Source: Faecousia sp.
GTDB taxonomy: Bacteria; Bacillota; Clostridia; Oscillospirales; Oscillospiraceae
Length of the DNA stretch: 64,000 nucleotides
NCBI GenBank assembly: GCA_045595075.1
Contig: JAZNZT010000028.1
Span: 47,162 to 111,161, forward strand
Direction: 5' to 3'
The position numbers were made by a program, and so were the translations under genes. Below the pieces are notes generated by a model, which worked only from the letters and a program-made list of their open reading frames with translations, did not search any database and had not been told where the DNA came from. Below are positions 21,112-30,644 of the stretch, one piece after another (positions within the stretch are counted from its first letter, which is position 1; each line of letters begins with the position of its first letter).

Positions 21112-21996
21112 ATGTTGGATTTGATTCAGGCCTATGAAAATTACCTTTCAAAGGTAAAGCAGGCATCAGACAACACAATCGCTTCATATATGCGCGATAT
21201 CCATCAGTTCGCTGACTGGCTGCGTCATGATGAAAATATCGATGTTCTTGATGCTTCACAACTGAATATTAGCCAGTACCTGACTCATCTTGAAAGTGAG
21301 GGTAAATCAGGGGCGACCGTCTCCAGATGTCTGGCGAGTTTAAAGAATTTCTATACATATGTTGTTTCTTCCGGTTTTCTTGAAAAAACACCTGTTACAG
21401 ATATTCGTGTAAACAGGGGAGAGAAGAAACTTCCGCAGATTCTTACCAACCGAGAGGTCGAACTTTTACTCTCTCAGCCGGCCTGTGTCGATGCCAAAGG
21501 ATACCGCGACAAGGCTATGTTGGAAGTTATGTATGCTACTGGCATCCGTGTCAGCGAGCTGATTGAATTGGATGTTGAAGATGTAAATGTTGAGCAGGGA
21601 ATTATAAAATGTAACAGCGCAAAAAAATTCAGAATCATTCCGCTGTATCCTGCAGCTTTGCGCGCATTGACAGTCTATTTACGTGATATTCGCAATTCTA
21701 TGATTTCATCTCCGGACGAGCAAGCTTTGTTTGTGAATGTAAATGGCGTTCGTATGAGTCGCCAGGGATTCTGGAAAATATTAAAACACTATCAGGACTC
21801 TGCCCGTATTGAGAAAGAAATTACTCCTCATACTTTGCGCCATAGTTTTGCTGTCCATCTTTTAGAAAATGGCGCAGATCTTGGTTCGTTACAGGAGTTG
21901 ATGGGACATAGTGATATTTCATCAACACAACTTTATACGCATATGCTTAATCAAAATTTAAAACGAGTGTATGATAAGTGCCACCCGAAAGCATGA
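21112..21996 (+). CDS. xerD: Tyrosine recombinase XerD
   Basis: RDKAMLEVMYATGIRVSE, MSRQGFWKILK, TPHTLRHSFAVHLLENGAD, GHSDISSTQLY. Confidence 0.93.
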   Translation: MLDLIQAYENYLSKVKQASDNTIASYMRDIHQFADWLRHDENIDVLDASQLNISQYLTHLESEGKSGATVSRCLASLKNFYTYVVSSGFLEKTPVTDIRVNRGEKKLPQILTNREVELLLSQPACVDAKGYRDKAMLEVMYATGIRVSELIELDVEDVNVEQGIIKCNSAKKFRIIPLYPAALRALTVYLRDIRNSMISSPDEQALFVNVNGVRMSRQGFWKILKHYQDSARIEKEITPHTLRHSFAVHLLENGADLGSLQELMGHSDISSTQLYTHMLNQNLKRVYDKCHPKA

Positions 21997-21999
21997 TTT

Positions 22000-22026
22000 A
22001 ATCCCTGCCACACGGCAGGGATTTTT
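22000..22026 (+). terminator. Intrinsic terminator after xerD
   Basis: AATCCCTGCC-ACAC-GGCAGGGATTTTT. Confidence 0.88.
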
Positions 22027-22085
22027 CTTGTATTATCTTAATAATATGGTATAATTGTCTTAAATGAAACAAAGGAGCGTAATAT

Positions 22086-23714
22086 ATGGTCAATTATTTT
22101 ATAGCCGGTGTATTCGTTATAATACCCGCGATAATTATTATATTATCGATTATTACCGGATTAAAAAGGAATGCGTATCAGTCTTTGTTTAAACTGTTAT
22201 TCACGGTTCTTTCCATTGTAGTAAGTGTTATCTTAACAAAAACCATTACAGAAATTCTTCTTGATTCAATACTTTCTCAACATGGTAATCTGATTGATGC
22301 CAATGTTATGGTATATTTGAATAGCACACAATCTGCAAAAGATATCATTGGCATTATTAAAACTATGATATTGCCTGCTGTTTTTCTTATAACATTTGTA
22401 ACGGTTAAATTTCTCTTTTTCCTTCTAAACTTAATTCCGCGATTTATACTATCCGATAAAGCCATTATCGAAAGACATAGAACAAAACAAGCATCGACCG
22501 TTCCCTATACAGAGACTATCTATTCAGATACATATGTAGATGAAATCCAAATCAATTCAGACACAGAACATTCCCCTTATAAATCCAAATCGTCTAAACT
22601 AGTGAGCAAAGTTGTCTCTGTTACATGTTGCATTTTGTCGGCTGTTTTGATTCTATCATCTCTAGCGTTGCCGATCAACGCATACGCAAAGTATTCTGCA
22701 ACGGTTATCTATGAATCAGAGGATATATTGGAACTTGATTCTAGTTTTGAAGAAGTGAAAAATGGAATTATAGCTATATATAAACACCCAACCAATCAAT
22801 GCTATACATTTATAAATGGCTTAACACTTCGTTCCTTTGAAACATTTACGAATCATAGGGGAACAACTGTCTCTGCATCAAACGCACTTACCTCGATACT
22901 CTCAATCTTGAAAAATATTACACAATGGGATCCCGATTCCATATCTGCTCAAAAGATATATGATTTGGCGGGAATAATCGAAAATGATCCATTCGCCAAG
23001 GATTTTATGACATCCTTTGTCACAGAGCTTTGTGACGCGTGGGCGAGGGGAGAGGCGTTTCTTGGAATAGAAGTCCCGGATTTGGATAATCCTATAATCA
23101 CTGCTTTTCTAAAGGAATTAACATCCGTGGATGATATCACTAAAGTTTTACGTGCAGCAGCAGATATTCTGAAGATAAAAGATACACTGCAGTTTAGCCA
23201 GGGAAATATGACAGTAGAATCTGCTAAGCTTTTTGCAACACAGATTTTTGACAGCATTACGCCTGAAACTGTGGATATTATGAAGTCCATGCTTACAGAG
23301 GAAGTACTGACCCAAACATTGGAATTGCCTTCGTCTGTTTCCAAACATGTAGGTGATCTTACAGGTGCGGTTCTCGATGGAATTGTTGAAATTAAAAATG
23401 ATCCCAATTATTCAGTTAATCAAGCAAAGGAGATGCTGGAAAAGGAGGCAGAGGCACTGTCTTTGGTGGTCAATATGGTTTCCAATCCCGAAAATGTTGA
23501 ACCGCATAAGGTTGTAAGTGCAATTGTTGAATCCAGTGTAATCTCCGATACAATCCATGAAATCACTGAAGGAGGCAATGTATCCGATCCATATCAGATC
23601 GGAAATGAAATTTCGTCAGAGTTTACTGATCAGTTCAAAGAAAACCTTGAAGAGCATGGGGTTTCCAAAGATAACGATATGTATAAATCAATTTTGGCTC
23701 TCATCGGCAAATAA
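22086..23714 (+). CDS. Hypothetical membrane protein (CvpA-like N-terminal TMs, helical acidic C-terminal region)
   Basis: 542-aa ORF, AAGGAG RBS, TGGTATAAT -10; four TM helices with G.KR..Q.LF.L start. Confidence 0.75.
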   Translation: MVNYFIAGVFVIIPAIIIILSIITGLKRNAYQSLFKLLFTVLSIVVSVILTKTITEILLDSILSQHGNLIDANVMVYLNSTQSAKDIIGIIKTMILPAVFLITFVTVKFLFFLLNLIPRFILSDKAIIERHRTKQASTVPYTETIYSDTYVDEIQINSDTEHSPYKSKSSKLVSKVVSVTCCILSAVLILSSLALPINAYAKYSATVIYESEDILELDSSFEEVKNGIIAIYKHPTNQCYTFINGLTLRSFETFTNHRGTTVSASNALTSILSILKNITQWDPDSISAQKIYDLAGIIENDPFAKDFMTSFVTELCDAWARGEAFLGIEVPDLDNPIITAFLKELTSVDDITKVLRAAADILKIKDTLQFSQGNMTVESAKLFATQIFDSITPETVDIMKSMLTEEVLTQTLELPSSVSKHVGDLTGAVLDGIVEIKNDPNYSVNQAKEMLEKEAEALSLVVNMVSNPENVEPHKVVSAIVESSVISDTIHEITEGGNVSDPYQIGNEISSEFTDQFKENLEEHGVSKDNDMYKSILALIGK

Positions 23715-23750
23715 AAAACAGGAGGATGATATCATCCTCCTGTTTTTTAT
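23711..23750. terminator. Bidirectional terminator, 40-bp perfect palindrome
   Basis: ATAAAAAACAGGAGGATGAT|ATCATCCTCCTGTTTTTTAT. Confidence 0.88.
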
Positions 23751-24718
23751 ATTCCTGTCATTGCAGCCAATACGTCGACTTCTATCTGTTGGATACTTTT
23801 ATGCATTGATAATCCTTCTTGGATATCTACATCTGTGAACGCACCATCGCGTGTACAGATAACGCGGTTTGTTTTTCCGGCAAGCAGCATTTCAACAGCC
23901 ATATAACCCATTTTTGTAGCATTAACGCGGTCACGTCCGGTAGGGCTGCCACCGCGTTGAATATGACCCAGCACAGTAACTCTGGGATCCAGATCAATTG
24001 AATCCTTAAGTTTAGCAGCAATATCTGCAGCAGAGCCGGCACCTTCAGCAACAACAATCATATAATGTGTGAACCCGTTTAATCTAGCCTTCCGAATTTT
24101 TTCAATCAGATCAACCTCAAAATCAAAGGGTTTTTCAGGAACAAGAATGGCAGTCGCGCCTACTGCCAGGCCCACGTACATCGCTAAGTAACCGGCATTT
24201 CTTCCCATGACCTCAACAATAGAGCAGCGCTCGTGGGATTGCATCGTATCTCTGAGCTTATCGATACATTCAATGGCGGTATTTGCAGCTGTATCAAATC
24301 CAATAGAATAATTGGTACAACAAATATCGTTATCAATGGTAGCAGGAATACAGATCACATTTAAACCAAATTTGGAAAGCGCAGCAGCGCCGCGGAATGT
24401 ACCGTCACCGCCAATGGCAACGATGCCGTCAAGACCAAGAAATTTACATGTAGATGCTGCTTTTTTTTGACCTTCTTCGGTTAGAAAATCCTTACTTCTG
24501 GCGGTGTAAAGAATTGTACCGCCTCGATTGATGATGTGAGCAATGTTTTTTTCGTTCAACTGAACAATATCGCCTGTAATCAGACCATTGTAACCCCGAC
24601 GAATACCATAACATTCGACTCCGTGATATAGCGCTGTACGAACGACTGCGCGAACACATGCGTTCATACCAGGCGCATCACCGCCGCTGGTCAACACACC
24701 GATTCTTTTGATACTCAT
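23747..24718 (-). CDS. pfkA: ATP-dependent 6-phosphofructokinase
   Basis: LTSGGDAPGMN, IGGDGT, TIDND, VEVMGR, LGHIQRGG. Confidence 0.98.
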   Translation of the reverse strand: MSIKRIGVLTSGGDAPGMNACVRAVVRTALYHGVECYGIRRGYNGLITGDIVQLNEKNIAHIINRGGTILYTARSKDFLTEEGQKKAASTCKFLGLDGIVAIGGDGTFRGAAALSKFGLNVICIPATIDNDICCTNYSIGFDTAANTAIECIDKLRDTMQSHERCSIVEVMGRNAGYLAMYVGLAVGATAILVPEKPFDFEVDLIEKIRKARLNGFTHYMIVVAEGAGSAADIAAKLKDSIDLDPRVTVLGHIQRGGSPTGRDRVNATKMGYMAVEMLLAGKTNRVICTRDGAFTDVDIQEGLSMHKSIQQIEVDVLAAMTGI

Positions 24719-24750
24719 AAAGATGCCTCCAATTATTTTTTCTCTATAAT

Positions 24751-24779
24751 ATAATATTTTACAAAAAAAGTAAAGTCAA
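24751..24779 (-). promoter_or_regulatory. SigA promoter for pfkA
   Basis: TTGACT-17-TATTAT on minus strand. Confidence 0.65.
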
Positions 24780-24794
24780 ATCTACAATTAATGC

Positions 24795-24825
24795 TTGACT
24801 GTAAAGTTGGTTGATAGTATATCAT
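24795..24825 (+). promoter_or_regulatory. MerR-type promoter with 19-bp spacer
   Basis: TTGACT-19-TATCAT with imperfect dyad ACTGTAAA-N5-TTGATAGT. Confidence 0.7.
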
Positions 24826-24850
24826 AAGTAACGAAAGGGGAGAGCGTTCT

Positions 24851-26257
24851 ATGCAAATCCAAACAGTAGAAGAAAAAACTGGATTAGATCGGGCAACTAT
24901 TCGTTACTATGAGCAGGAAGGGTTGATAAAACCGCAACGGCTGCAGAACGGTTATCGAGATTATTCGGATAGGTGCTTGCAGGATCTCCTGAAAATTAAG
25001 CTTCTCAGGCAGCTGGGATTATCTGTAGAAACTATACATCAATTGATTGAAGGCAGGGAAGAGCTGCAGGATGTTTTAACCGATCAACTGGCGGTCATTG
25101 GAGCTCATAAGAACTACCTGGAAAATGCAGAGTCTATATGTAAGATGATGATTCAAGATAATGTTACATACCAAACTATCCAACCTGGTAAATATTTTAA
25201 CGCTATAGGGCAAATAGCCAGTATAGATAATAAAGTCATCGACGCACCCAACACAAAGTATTTATATTACGAAGTACATCCCGTCAGGCACTTTTTGGGC
25301 AGATATATAGATCATCTATTGGCGTCTGCATTGCTGATGCTTATTGTCATCGTGTTTTTGCGTGTACGACCCATAGGAGATTTTCAAAACAGTTTGATCA
25401 ATATTGGTGCAATCCTTCTTTCGATGCCGTTAAATGCATTGTTTCTTTGCTTATTTGGTACAACGCCTGGCAAGTTTACAATGGGCATATTCTTAAGGAA
25501 TCCTGAAGGGAAAAATCTTTCTTTTGTTACTGCGCTACAAAGAGAATGGGCAGTTTTTCGTTATGGAGAAGGCTTTAAAATACCCATTTACAACCTAATT
25601 CGATTGTATAAATCCTACCAGACATATACGACCGGATTAGAGCTTGAATGGGGTTATGATTATGATGCAGATTTGCTTTATACTGACTGGACTACACGCA
25701 GACCGGTTTATGCGTCAATTTTAAGTGCGATTTGTGCCGTATGTATCATTTTCTCAGCACAAGATTCAATGCTTCCAAGGAATCGGGGTGCAGATTTAAC
25801 CCTTGCAGAATTTGCTGAAAATTATAATGATTATGCTAAAATTACTGGAGTGTCCACATATTTATCAAAAGAAGGGAAGTGGTACAGACCTGACGTGCCG
25901 CTACACGAAGTTTTAATTGATGAATATGAGGAAAAGTGGCAATTCGTTCTGGATGATAATGAAGAACTTGTCAAAATCAACATTGAAATAGATACGGATC
26001 CAAGATTATCTTTTTTTAACGAAGCAAAAATGGAGAATGCTGTTCTCACTGCTTTTTTGTCCCAACCGAATGCAGATATCATGGAGGCCAATTCTGCAAT
26101 GAATAAAATTGCTGAACAGACATTTTATTTGAATAATGAATTTAATCAGGAAGAACAAATTCTATGCGGCGATGTAATCGTGAAATGGGAGATTCTGAAG
26201 CCGGAAGTCGATGCCGATTCCCGATATAAGATATTAATAGAGATAGTAATACCGTAA
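24851..26257 (+). CDS. MerR-family regulator fused to RDD membrane domain
   Basis: TIRYYEQEGLIKP.R..NGYRDYS HTH; RHFLGRYID...GTTPGK..MGI RDD motif; soluble C-terminal domain after last TM. Confidence 0.85.
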   Translation: MQIQTVEEKTGLDRATIRYYEQEGLIKPQRLQNGYRDYSDRCLQDLLKIKLLRQLGLSVETIHQLIEGREELQDVLTDQLAVIGAHKNYLENAESICKMMIQDNVTYQTIQPGKYFNAIGQIASIDNKVIDAPNTKYLYYEVHPVRHFLGRYIDHLLASALLMLIVIVFLRVRPIGDFQNSLINIGAILLSMPLNALFLCLFGTTPGKFTMGIFLRNPEGKNLSFVTALQREWAVFRYGEGFKIPIYNLIRLYKSYQTYTTGLELEWGYDYDADLLYTDWTTRRPVYASILSAICAVCIIFSAQDSMLPRNRGADLTLAEFAENYNDYAKITGVSTYLSKEGKWYRPDVPLHEVLIDEYEEKWQFVLDDNEELVKINIEIDTDPRLSFFNEAKMENAVLTAFLSQPNADIMEANSAMNKIAEQTFYLNNEFNQEEQILCGDVIVKWEILKPEVDADSRYKILIEIVIP

Positions 26258-26261
26258 TTTT

Positions 26262-26297
26262 AACACCGAAACTGGTTCTAATCCGGTTTCGGTGTTT
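26262..26297 (+). terminator. Intrinsic terminator after merR-RDD
   Basis: AACACCGAAACTGG-N7-CCGGTTTCGGTGTTT. Confidence 0.8.
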
Positions 26298-26344
26298 CTA
26301 GGGTGGGGTACATATGTATATCATAATTGACTACAAACAGAACG

Positions 26345-26396
26345 AACGCAACAAAATAAAAATTTTGTTGCGTTTAGGGTTATTTAATGCTATAAT
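26345..26396 (+). promoter_or_regulatory. SigA promoter with palindrome overlapping -35
   Basis: TTGCGT-17-TATAAT with TGn; AACGCAACAAAAT-N4-ATTTTGTTGCGTT covers the -35. Confidence 0.55.
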
Positions 26397-26876
26397 ATAA
26401 TTACGATAATACAGACATGGCCTCATGTTCTATATTTAGACAGTTTACTCCCAAGCGTTATCTCTATATATTATATACTCGAAATTGCGATTATTCAACA
26501 ATAAATTCCATTGCTTATTCACGTATTCTAGTATATGTTATCACTAATAAGTTCTTTACTCTTTTGATCATAGATAATGATTTAATCAATCGTTCTTTCA
26601 TTACTCTATTTAACTTTCTTCTCGATCCTATCGTTATTAATCATATAATTACAAGTAATATATATGTTGCAGCATCATTTGACAATATAATGCAATGCGT
26701 ACATATGCGCTGGCAGTCATGCTCGGACAGGAACTATATAAATTGCTATAATATTGTCTTTACTTGATATGGAGTAATTTTTATAGCTGTTCCCTTGTTT
26801 ATATTGTACTATTTTTGTGTTTGCCTATTAGCGTTCATTTGTTCGTATTTCTATTTTAGAACACAGGAGGATACAT

Positions 26877-27887
26877 ATGAAAAAATATCATGATTGTCCG
26901 TTGGTATTACGAGATTTTCTTATATACCATGAAACAATCAAGGGTCAGTCACCACGCACAATTGACGAATACTACCTTGATTTGCGTATGTTTTTACGGT
27001 TTATGAAGCTTATGCGTAATGACATGCCTATCCATACTCGTCTAGACGAAATTGATATTCGTGATATAGATGTAGATTTTGTTCGTACAATTAATACATC
27101 AGATATCTTTGATTTTTTGTCATATCTTGCTAATGACAGAACATCAAACCCCGACTCCCCTACCCCAGATTATGGAATATCTCCGGCGGCCAGAGCACGT
27201 AAATTGTCTGCGCTTAAATCATTTTATAAGTATCTAACTGTCCGTACAAAACAAATATCAGAAAATCCTGTTGCTGATTTAGAATATCCAAAGCTTCGCA
27301 AAAGTCTCCCCAAATACCTAACCATGGACCAAGCAGCATCCCTTTTACAGGCTGTTTCCGGGCAGAATCAATCAAGAGATTATGCTATTTTAATGATATT
27401 CCTGAATTGTGGTATCCGACGAAGCGAGCTTGTTGGCTTAAATTTAACAGATATTTATGAGGATCGTTTGCGTGTTATTGGTAAGGGTAATAAGGAACGC
27501 TTCGTCTATTTTGGTTCTGCCTGCAGGAAGGCCATCGATAGCTATTTAATAGAACGAAATAAGATGGTTCTTACAGATAACAGAGCATTATTTGCATCTA
27601 GAAACGGGAATCGAATCAGCGTGACGGCGGTTCATAGATTGGTCGATAAAGCGTTGTTGAAAGCCGGTTTGGATCCAACGCAATTTTCTGCTCATAAATT
27701 ACGCCACACGGCCGCGACAATGATGCTTTCCGGCGGCGTGGATGTAAAAACGGTGCAGGAAGTACTGGGCCACGAAAATCTAAATACAACTCAGATCTAC
27801 ACACACATTGAAAATACAGAATTAAAGATTGCAGCTGAGGCAAATCCTCTTTCTAAATTAGATTTTTCAGATAAATCAACGGATTGA
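26877..27887 (+). CDS. xerC: Tyrosine recombinase, clostridial XerC-like
   Basis: RDYAILMIFLNCGIRRSE, GKGNKER, SAHKLRHTAAT, LGHENLNTTQIY; AGGAGG RBS. Confidence 0.85.
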   Translation: MKKYHDCPLVLRDFLIYHETIKGQSPRTIDEYYLDLRMFLRFMKLMRNDMPIHTRLDEIDIRDIDVDFVRTINTSDIFDFLSYLANDRTSNPDSPTPDYGISPAARARKLSALKSFYKYLTVRTKQISENPVADLEYPKLRKSLPKYLTMDQAASLLQAVSGQNQSRDYAILMIFLNCGIRRSELVGLNLTDIYEDRLRVIGKGNKERFVYFGSACRKAIDSYLIERNKMVLTDNRALFASRNGNRISVTAVHRLVDKALLKAGLDPTQFSAHKLRHTAATMMLSGGVDVKTVQEVLGHENLNTTQIYTHIENTELKIAAEANPLSKLDFSDKSTD

Positions 27888-27920
27888 ACCTCACGGTTTA
27901 CATGCTGAACGTCTTCTACC

Positions 27921-27953
27921 TAAAAACTGCTCCGGAGCCCGGAGCAGTTTTTA
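27921..27953. terminator. Bidirectional terminator xerC/radA
   Basis: TAAAAACTGCTCCGG-AGC-CCGGAGCAGTTTTTA. Confidence 0.9.
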
Positions 27954-27962
27954 TATATTGCA

Positions 27963-29324
27963 TTAAAACACCATAGCAAAGGCTTCATGCAGATTCTTAA
28001 CACGAAGTACAGAAAGTCCATCAGGAATATCTAATTTATCTGTATTGGCATACGGGATTATGCAGTGCTTAAAACCCAATCTTGCGACCTCGGCTAAGCG
28101 CTGATTCATATGGGAAACAGATCTGATCTCACCGGTCAAACCAATCTCACCAATTGCTGCCATATCACCGGAAATAGCTTGATCCTTATAAGATGAGGCT
28201 ACTGCAAGCAAAACAGGTAAATCTGCAGCCGGTTCATCCAGGCGAAGTCCTCCAATTACATTGATATATGCATCAAATATACCTAGTTTCATGCCACCTC
28301 GTTTTTCGCCTACTGCAAGCAAAAGCGCTGCACGATTAAAATCAAAACCGTCAGCAGTTCTTCTAGGTGCATTGAATGTCGTTTTTGTAACCAGCGCCTG
28401 GACCTCAGCTAATACAGGACGAGTACCTTCCATTACACAAGCGACACAAGTACCGCTGGCACCCTCAGGACGCCCCTCCAAGAGCATTTTAGATGGATTT
28501 GGGACTTCTACCAGTCCCGAGTCATTCATTTCAAATACGCCGATCTCGTTGGTAGAGCCGAAGCGGTTTTTGGCAGCTCGTAATAAGCGATAGGTAGAAT
28601 TTTGATCCCCTTCAAAATAAAGGACACAATCTACCATATGCTCTAAAACTTTTGGACCTGCGATATTTCCGTCCTTGTTGATATGACCGACAACAAATAC
28701 GGTAAGCCCCTGTATCTTGCTTAACTGCATTAAAGCCAGCGTGCATTCCTTAACCTGTGTTACGCTACCAGGCGCAGAATCTGTATCTTCGTGATAAATT
28801 GTTTGAATCGAATCGATGATTAAAATATCCGGTTGGATGGATTCAACTGACGAAAGAATATCAGACAACCTTGTTTCCGATAGAACAAACAAATTATCCG
28901 GAGCAACCGATAGCCTCTGCGCCCGGAGTTTTAACTGTTTTTCACTCTCCTCACCGGAGACATACAAAACACTTCTGTTGGAGCAAAGACTATTACAGAT
29001 CTGAAGTAAAAGAGTAGATTTTCCAATCCCCGGCGCACCGCCTACAAGAACCAGACTTCCGGCAACCGCACCACCGCCCAACACACGGTCAAGCTCATTC
29101 ATTCCAGTGGAAAAACGCAACTCACTGTCCGTATCAACTTCACAAAGTCGTTGCGCGTTTCTGCTTTGTCCTACGGGGGCGGATTTTGCCCTGCCCATGG
29201 ATGCAGTGTGCTCAACATGCTCTTCAATAGTATTCCATGCGCCGCAGGCAGGACATCTACCCTGCCATTTTGGGGTTTCATTTCCACAACTTGTACAGTA
29301 AAAAACCGTTTTTTGTTTGCCCAT
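27963..29324 (-). CDS. radA: DNA repair protein RadA/Sms
   Basis: CxxC..KWQGRCPACGAWN, GAPGIGKSTLL, KNRFG. Confidence 0.97.
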   Translation of the reverse strand: MGKQKTVFYCTSCGNETPKWQGRCPACGAWNTIEEHVEHTASMGRAKSAPVGQSRNAQRLCEVDTDSELRFSTGMNELDRVLGGGAVAGSLVLVGGAPGIGKSTLLLQICNSLCSNRSVLYVSGEESEKQLKLRAQRLSVAPDNLFVLSETRLSDILSSVESIQPDILIIDSIQTIYHEDTDSAPGSVTQVKECTLALMQLSKIQGLTVFVVGHINKDGNIAGPKVLEHMVDCVLYFEGDQNSTYRLLRAAKNRFGSTNEIGVFEMNDSGLVEVPNPSKMLLEGRPEGASGTCVACVMEGTRPVLAEVQALVTKTTFNAPRRTADGFDFNRAALLLAVGEKRGGMKLGIFDAYINVIGGLRLDEPAADLPVLLAVASSYKDQAISGDMAAIGEIGLTGEIRSVSHMNQRLAEVARLGFKHCIIPYANTDKLDIPDGLSVLRVKNLHEAFAMVF

Positions 29325-29357
29325 TTTTCTTTCTCCGTATATTTTTTCTATATTATA

Positions 29358-30077
29358 TCAGGCAAATTCCGAAGGGTCAAGATAATTAGACAGTGTTGCA
29401 GCGATCACACAGCATAGCCTATTTTGATACGATTTATCTCTAAGTTTTGCTTCTTCTTCAGGGTTTGATATAAACCCACATTCAACCAAGATAGCAGTAC
29501 AATCGATATGTTGCATTAAATATACACCATCAGCAGCCTTTGGCTGACGTTTATTGTTTGCTATTAAGTGTGAATTAATATTATTTTGCATTTGTTTTGC
29601 CAGTTCACGGCTGCCTTCTGTATTTGCATAAAACAACTGCGTACCGAAATATTTACTTTCAAGGAAATAATTCTGGTGTATGCTGACAAGAACGGCGTGT
29701 TCTGTTTCTTTTACAATTTTTACACGCTGTTTCAGATCGGAAATTTTCTTAGCGGCAATGGTATTTCCTTCCGTGTATACAGACATGTCCGTTCTTCGAA
29801 TCATTTTCGTATTAAAGCCTAACAAATGACAAAGATCTTCCAATCGAAGCGCAATATCCAGATTCATTTTGCTCTCCAATACACCGGTACAAGATGTAGC
29901 ACCCCCATCTACTCCCCCGTGTCCGGGATCAATAATGATACATGTCCGGTCTTTGATAGCTTTGTTTTGTGATACAGTTGTAACAAGACTGTTTCCGCCA
30001 ACAGCGAACAAAATTAGACTCGCGGCTACTAAAATATATATTATAATTAAACTGGGATATATGCTCCTTCTCTTCAT
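29358..30077 (-). CDS. cwlD: N-acetylmuramoyl-L-alanine amidase (CwlD-like)
   Basis: N-terminal TM, DPGHGG, E, SIHQN, LVECGFISN; start ATG 30077 behind GAGGTG. Confidence 0.85.
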   Translation of the reverse strand: MKRRSIYPSLIIIYILVAASLILFAVGGNSLVTTVSQNKAIKDRTCIIIDPGHGGVDGGATSCTGVLESKMNLDIALRLEDLCHLLGFNTKMIRRTDMSVYTEGNTIAAKKISDLKQRVKIVKETEHAVLVSIHQNYFLESKYFGTQLFYANTEGSRELAKQMQNNINSHLIANNKRQPKAADGVYLMQHIDCTAILVECGFISNPEEEAKLRDKSYQNRLCCVIAATLSNYLDPSEFA

Positions 30078-30197
30078 GGACAACACCTCATAACAATCTA
30101 TGCCATTATCCTTTATAAATGAACGAACGAGATCTGATCTGCATAGAATGACTTGGAACGACAAGTTCCAAATAATAACGACGGGAGGAATTTGTCC

Positions 30198-30641
30198 TTG
30201 AAAAATAAAAAGTATGAACCCAGGGCATGCGAAGGCCGTCTACCTGCCGTAGCTCCTCTGGCAAATCCTTATGTACCGTTCCAGTTGGAGAATCCGCCAA
30301 AATACGAACCGAGAAAAGCACTTGTCCGTGGCACGCTATTTCCAGGTCTTGACCTTCCCTTTATGGGAATGGTAAATAAAAACGAGAAGCCTGTTACGCC
30401 ATTGTCCGAGCTTCAGGTCATAGGCTTTGCGATTCAAGAGCTCGCGCTTTATCTTGATACTCACAGAGAGGATAAAGAAGCGTTGGAGCTTTATAGAAAC
30501 TATCAAAAAATGCACGAAAAATGTAAAGCAATATACGAAGATATTCGTGGCCCTCTCAACCACATGTCAGTCAGTGGAAAAGAATACCGTTGGCTGGACG
30601 ATCCGTGGCCCTGGGAATATGCAAAGAATCGGGAGGTATAG
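30198..30641 (+). CDS. Fused spore coat protein CotJA-CotJB
   Basis: LANPYVPFQ..ALVRGTLFPGL (CotJA) in frame with ELALYLDTH..GPL..PWPWE (CotJB); TTG start behind GGGAGG; SigE-like CATAGAAT upstream. Confidence 0.85.
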   Translation: MKNKKYEPRACEGRLPAVAPLANPYVPFQLENPPKYEPRKALVRGTLFPGLDLPFMGMVNKNEKPVTPLSELQVIGFAIQELALYLDTHREDKEALELYRNYQKMHEKCKAIYEDIRGPLNHMSVSGKEYRWLDDPWPWEYAKNREV

Positions 30642-30644
30642 AGT

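Noticed and set aside
26521-26548. Alternative dif-like word ACGTATTCTAG-TATATG-TTATCACTAAT
   Set aside because: Right arm matches the XerD consensus poorly; the 20381 site is much better
26417-26767. 116-aa ORF upstream of xerC
   Set aside because: No RBS, very AT-rich, Ile/Tyr/Asn-biased with no motif; treated as non-coding, though not fully excluded because a promoter precedes it
21112-27887. Possible integrative element bounded by two tyrosine recombinases
   Set aside because: Both look like housekeeping Xer proteins, the interval contains pfkA, and no att repeats or transfer/phage genes were seen
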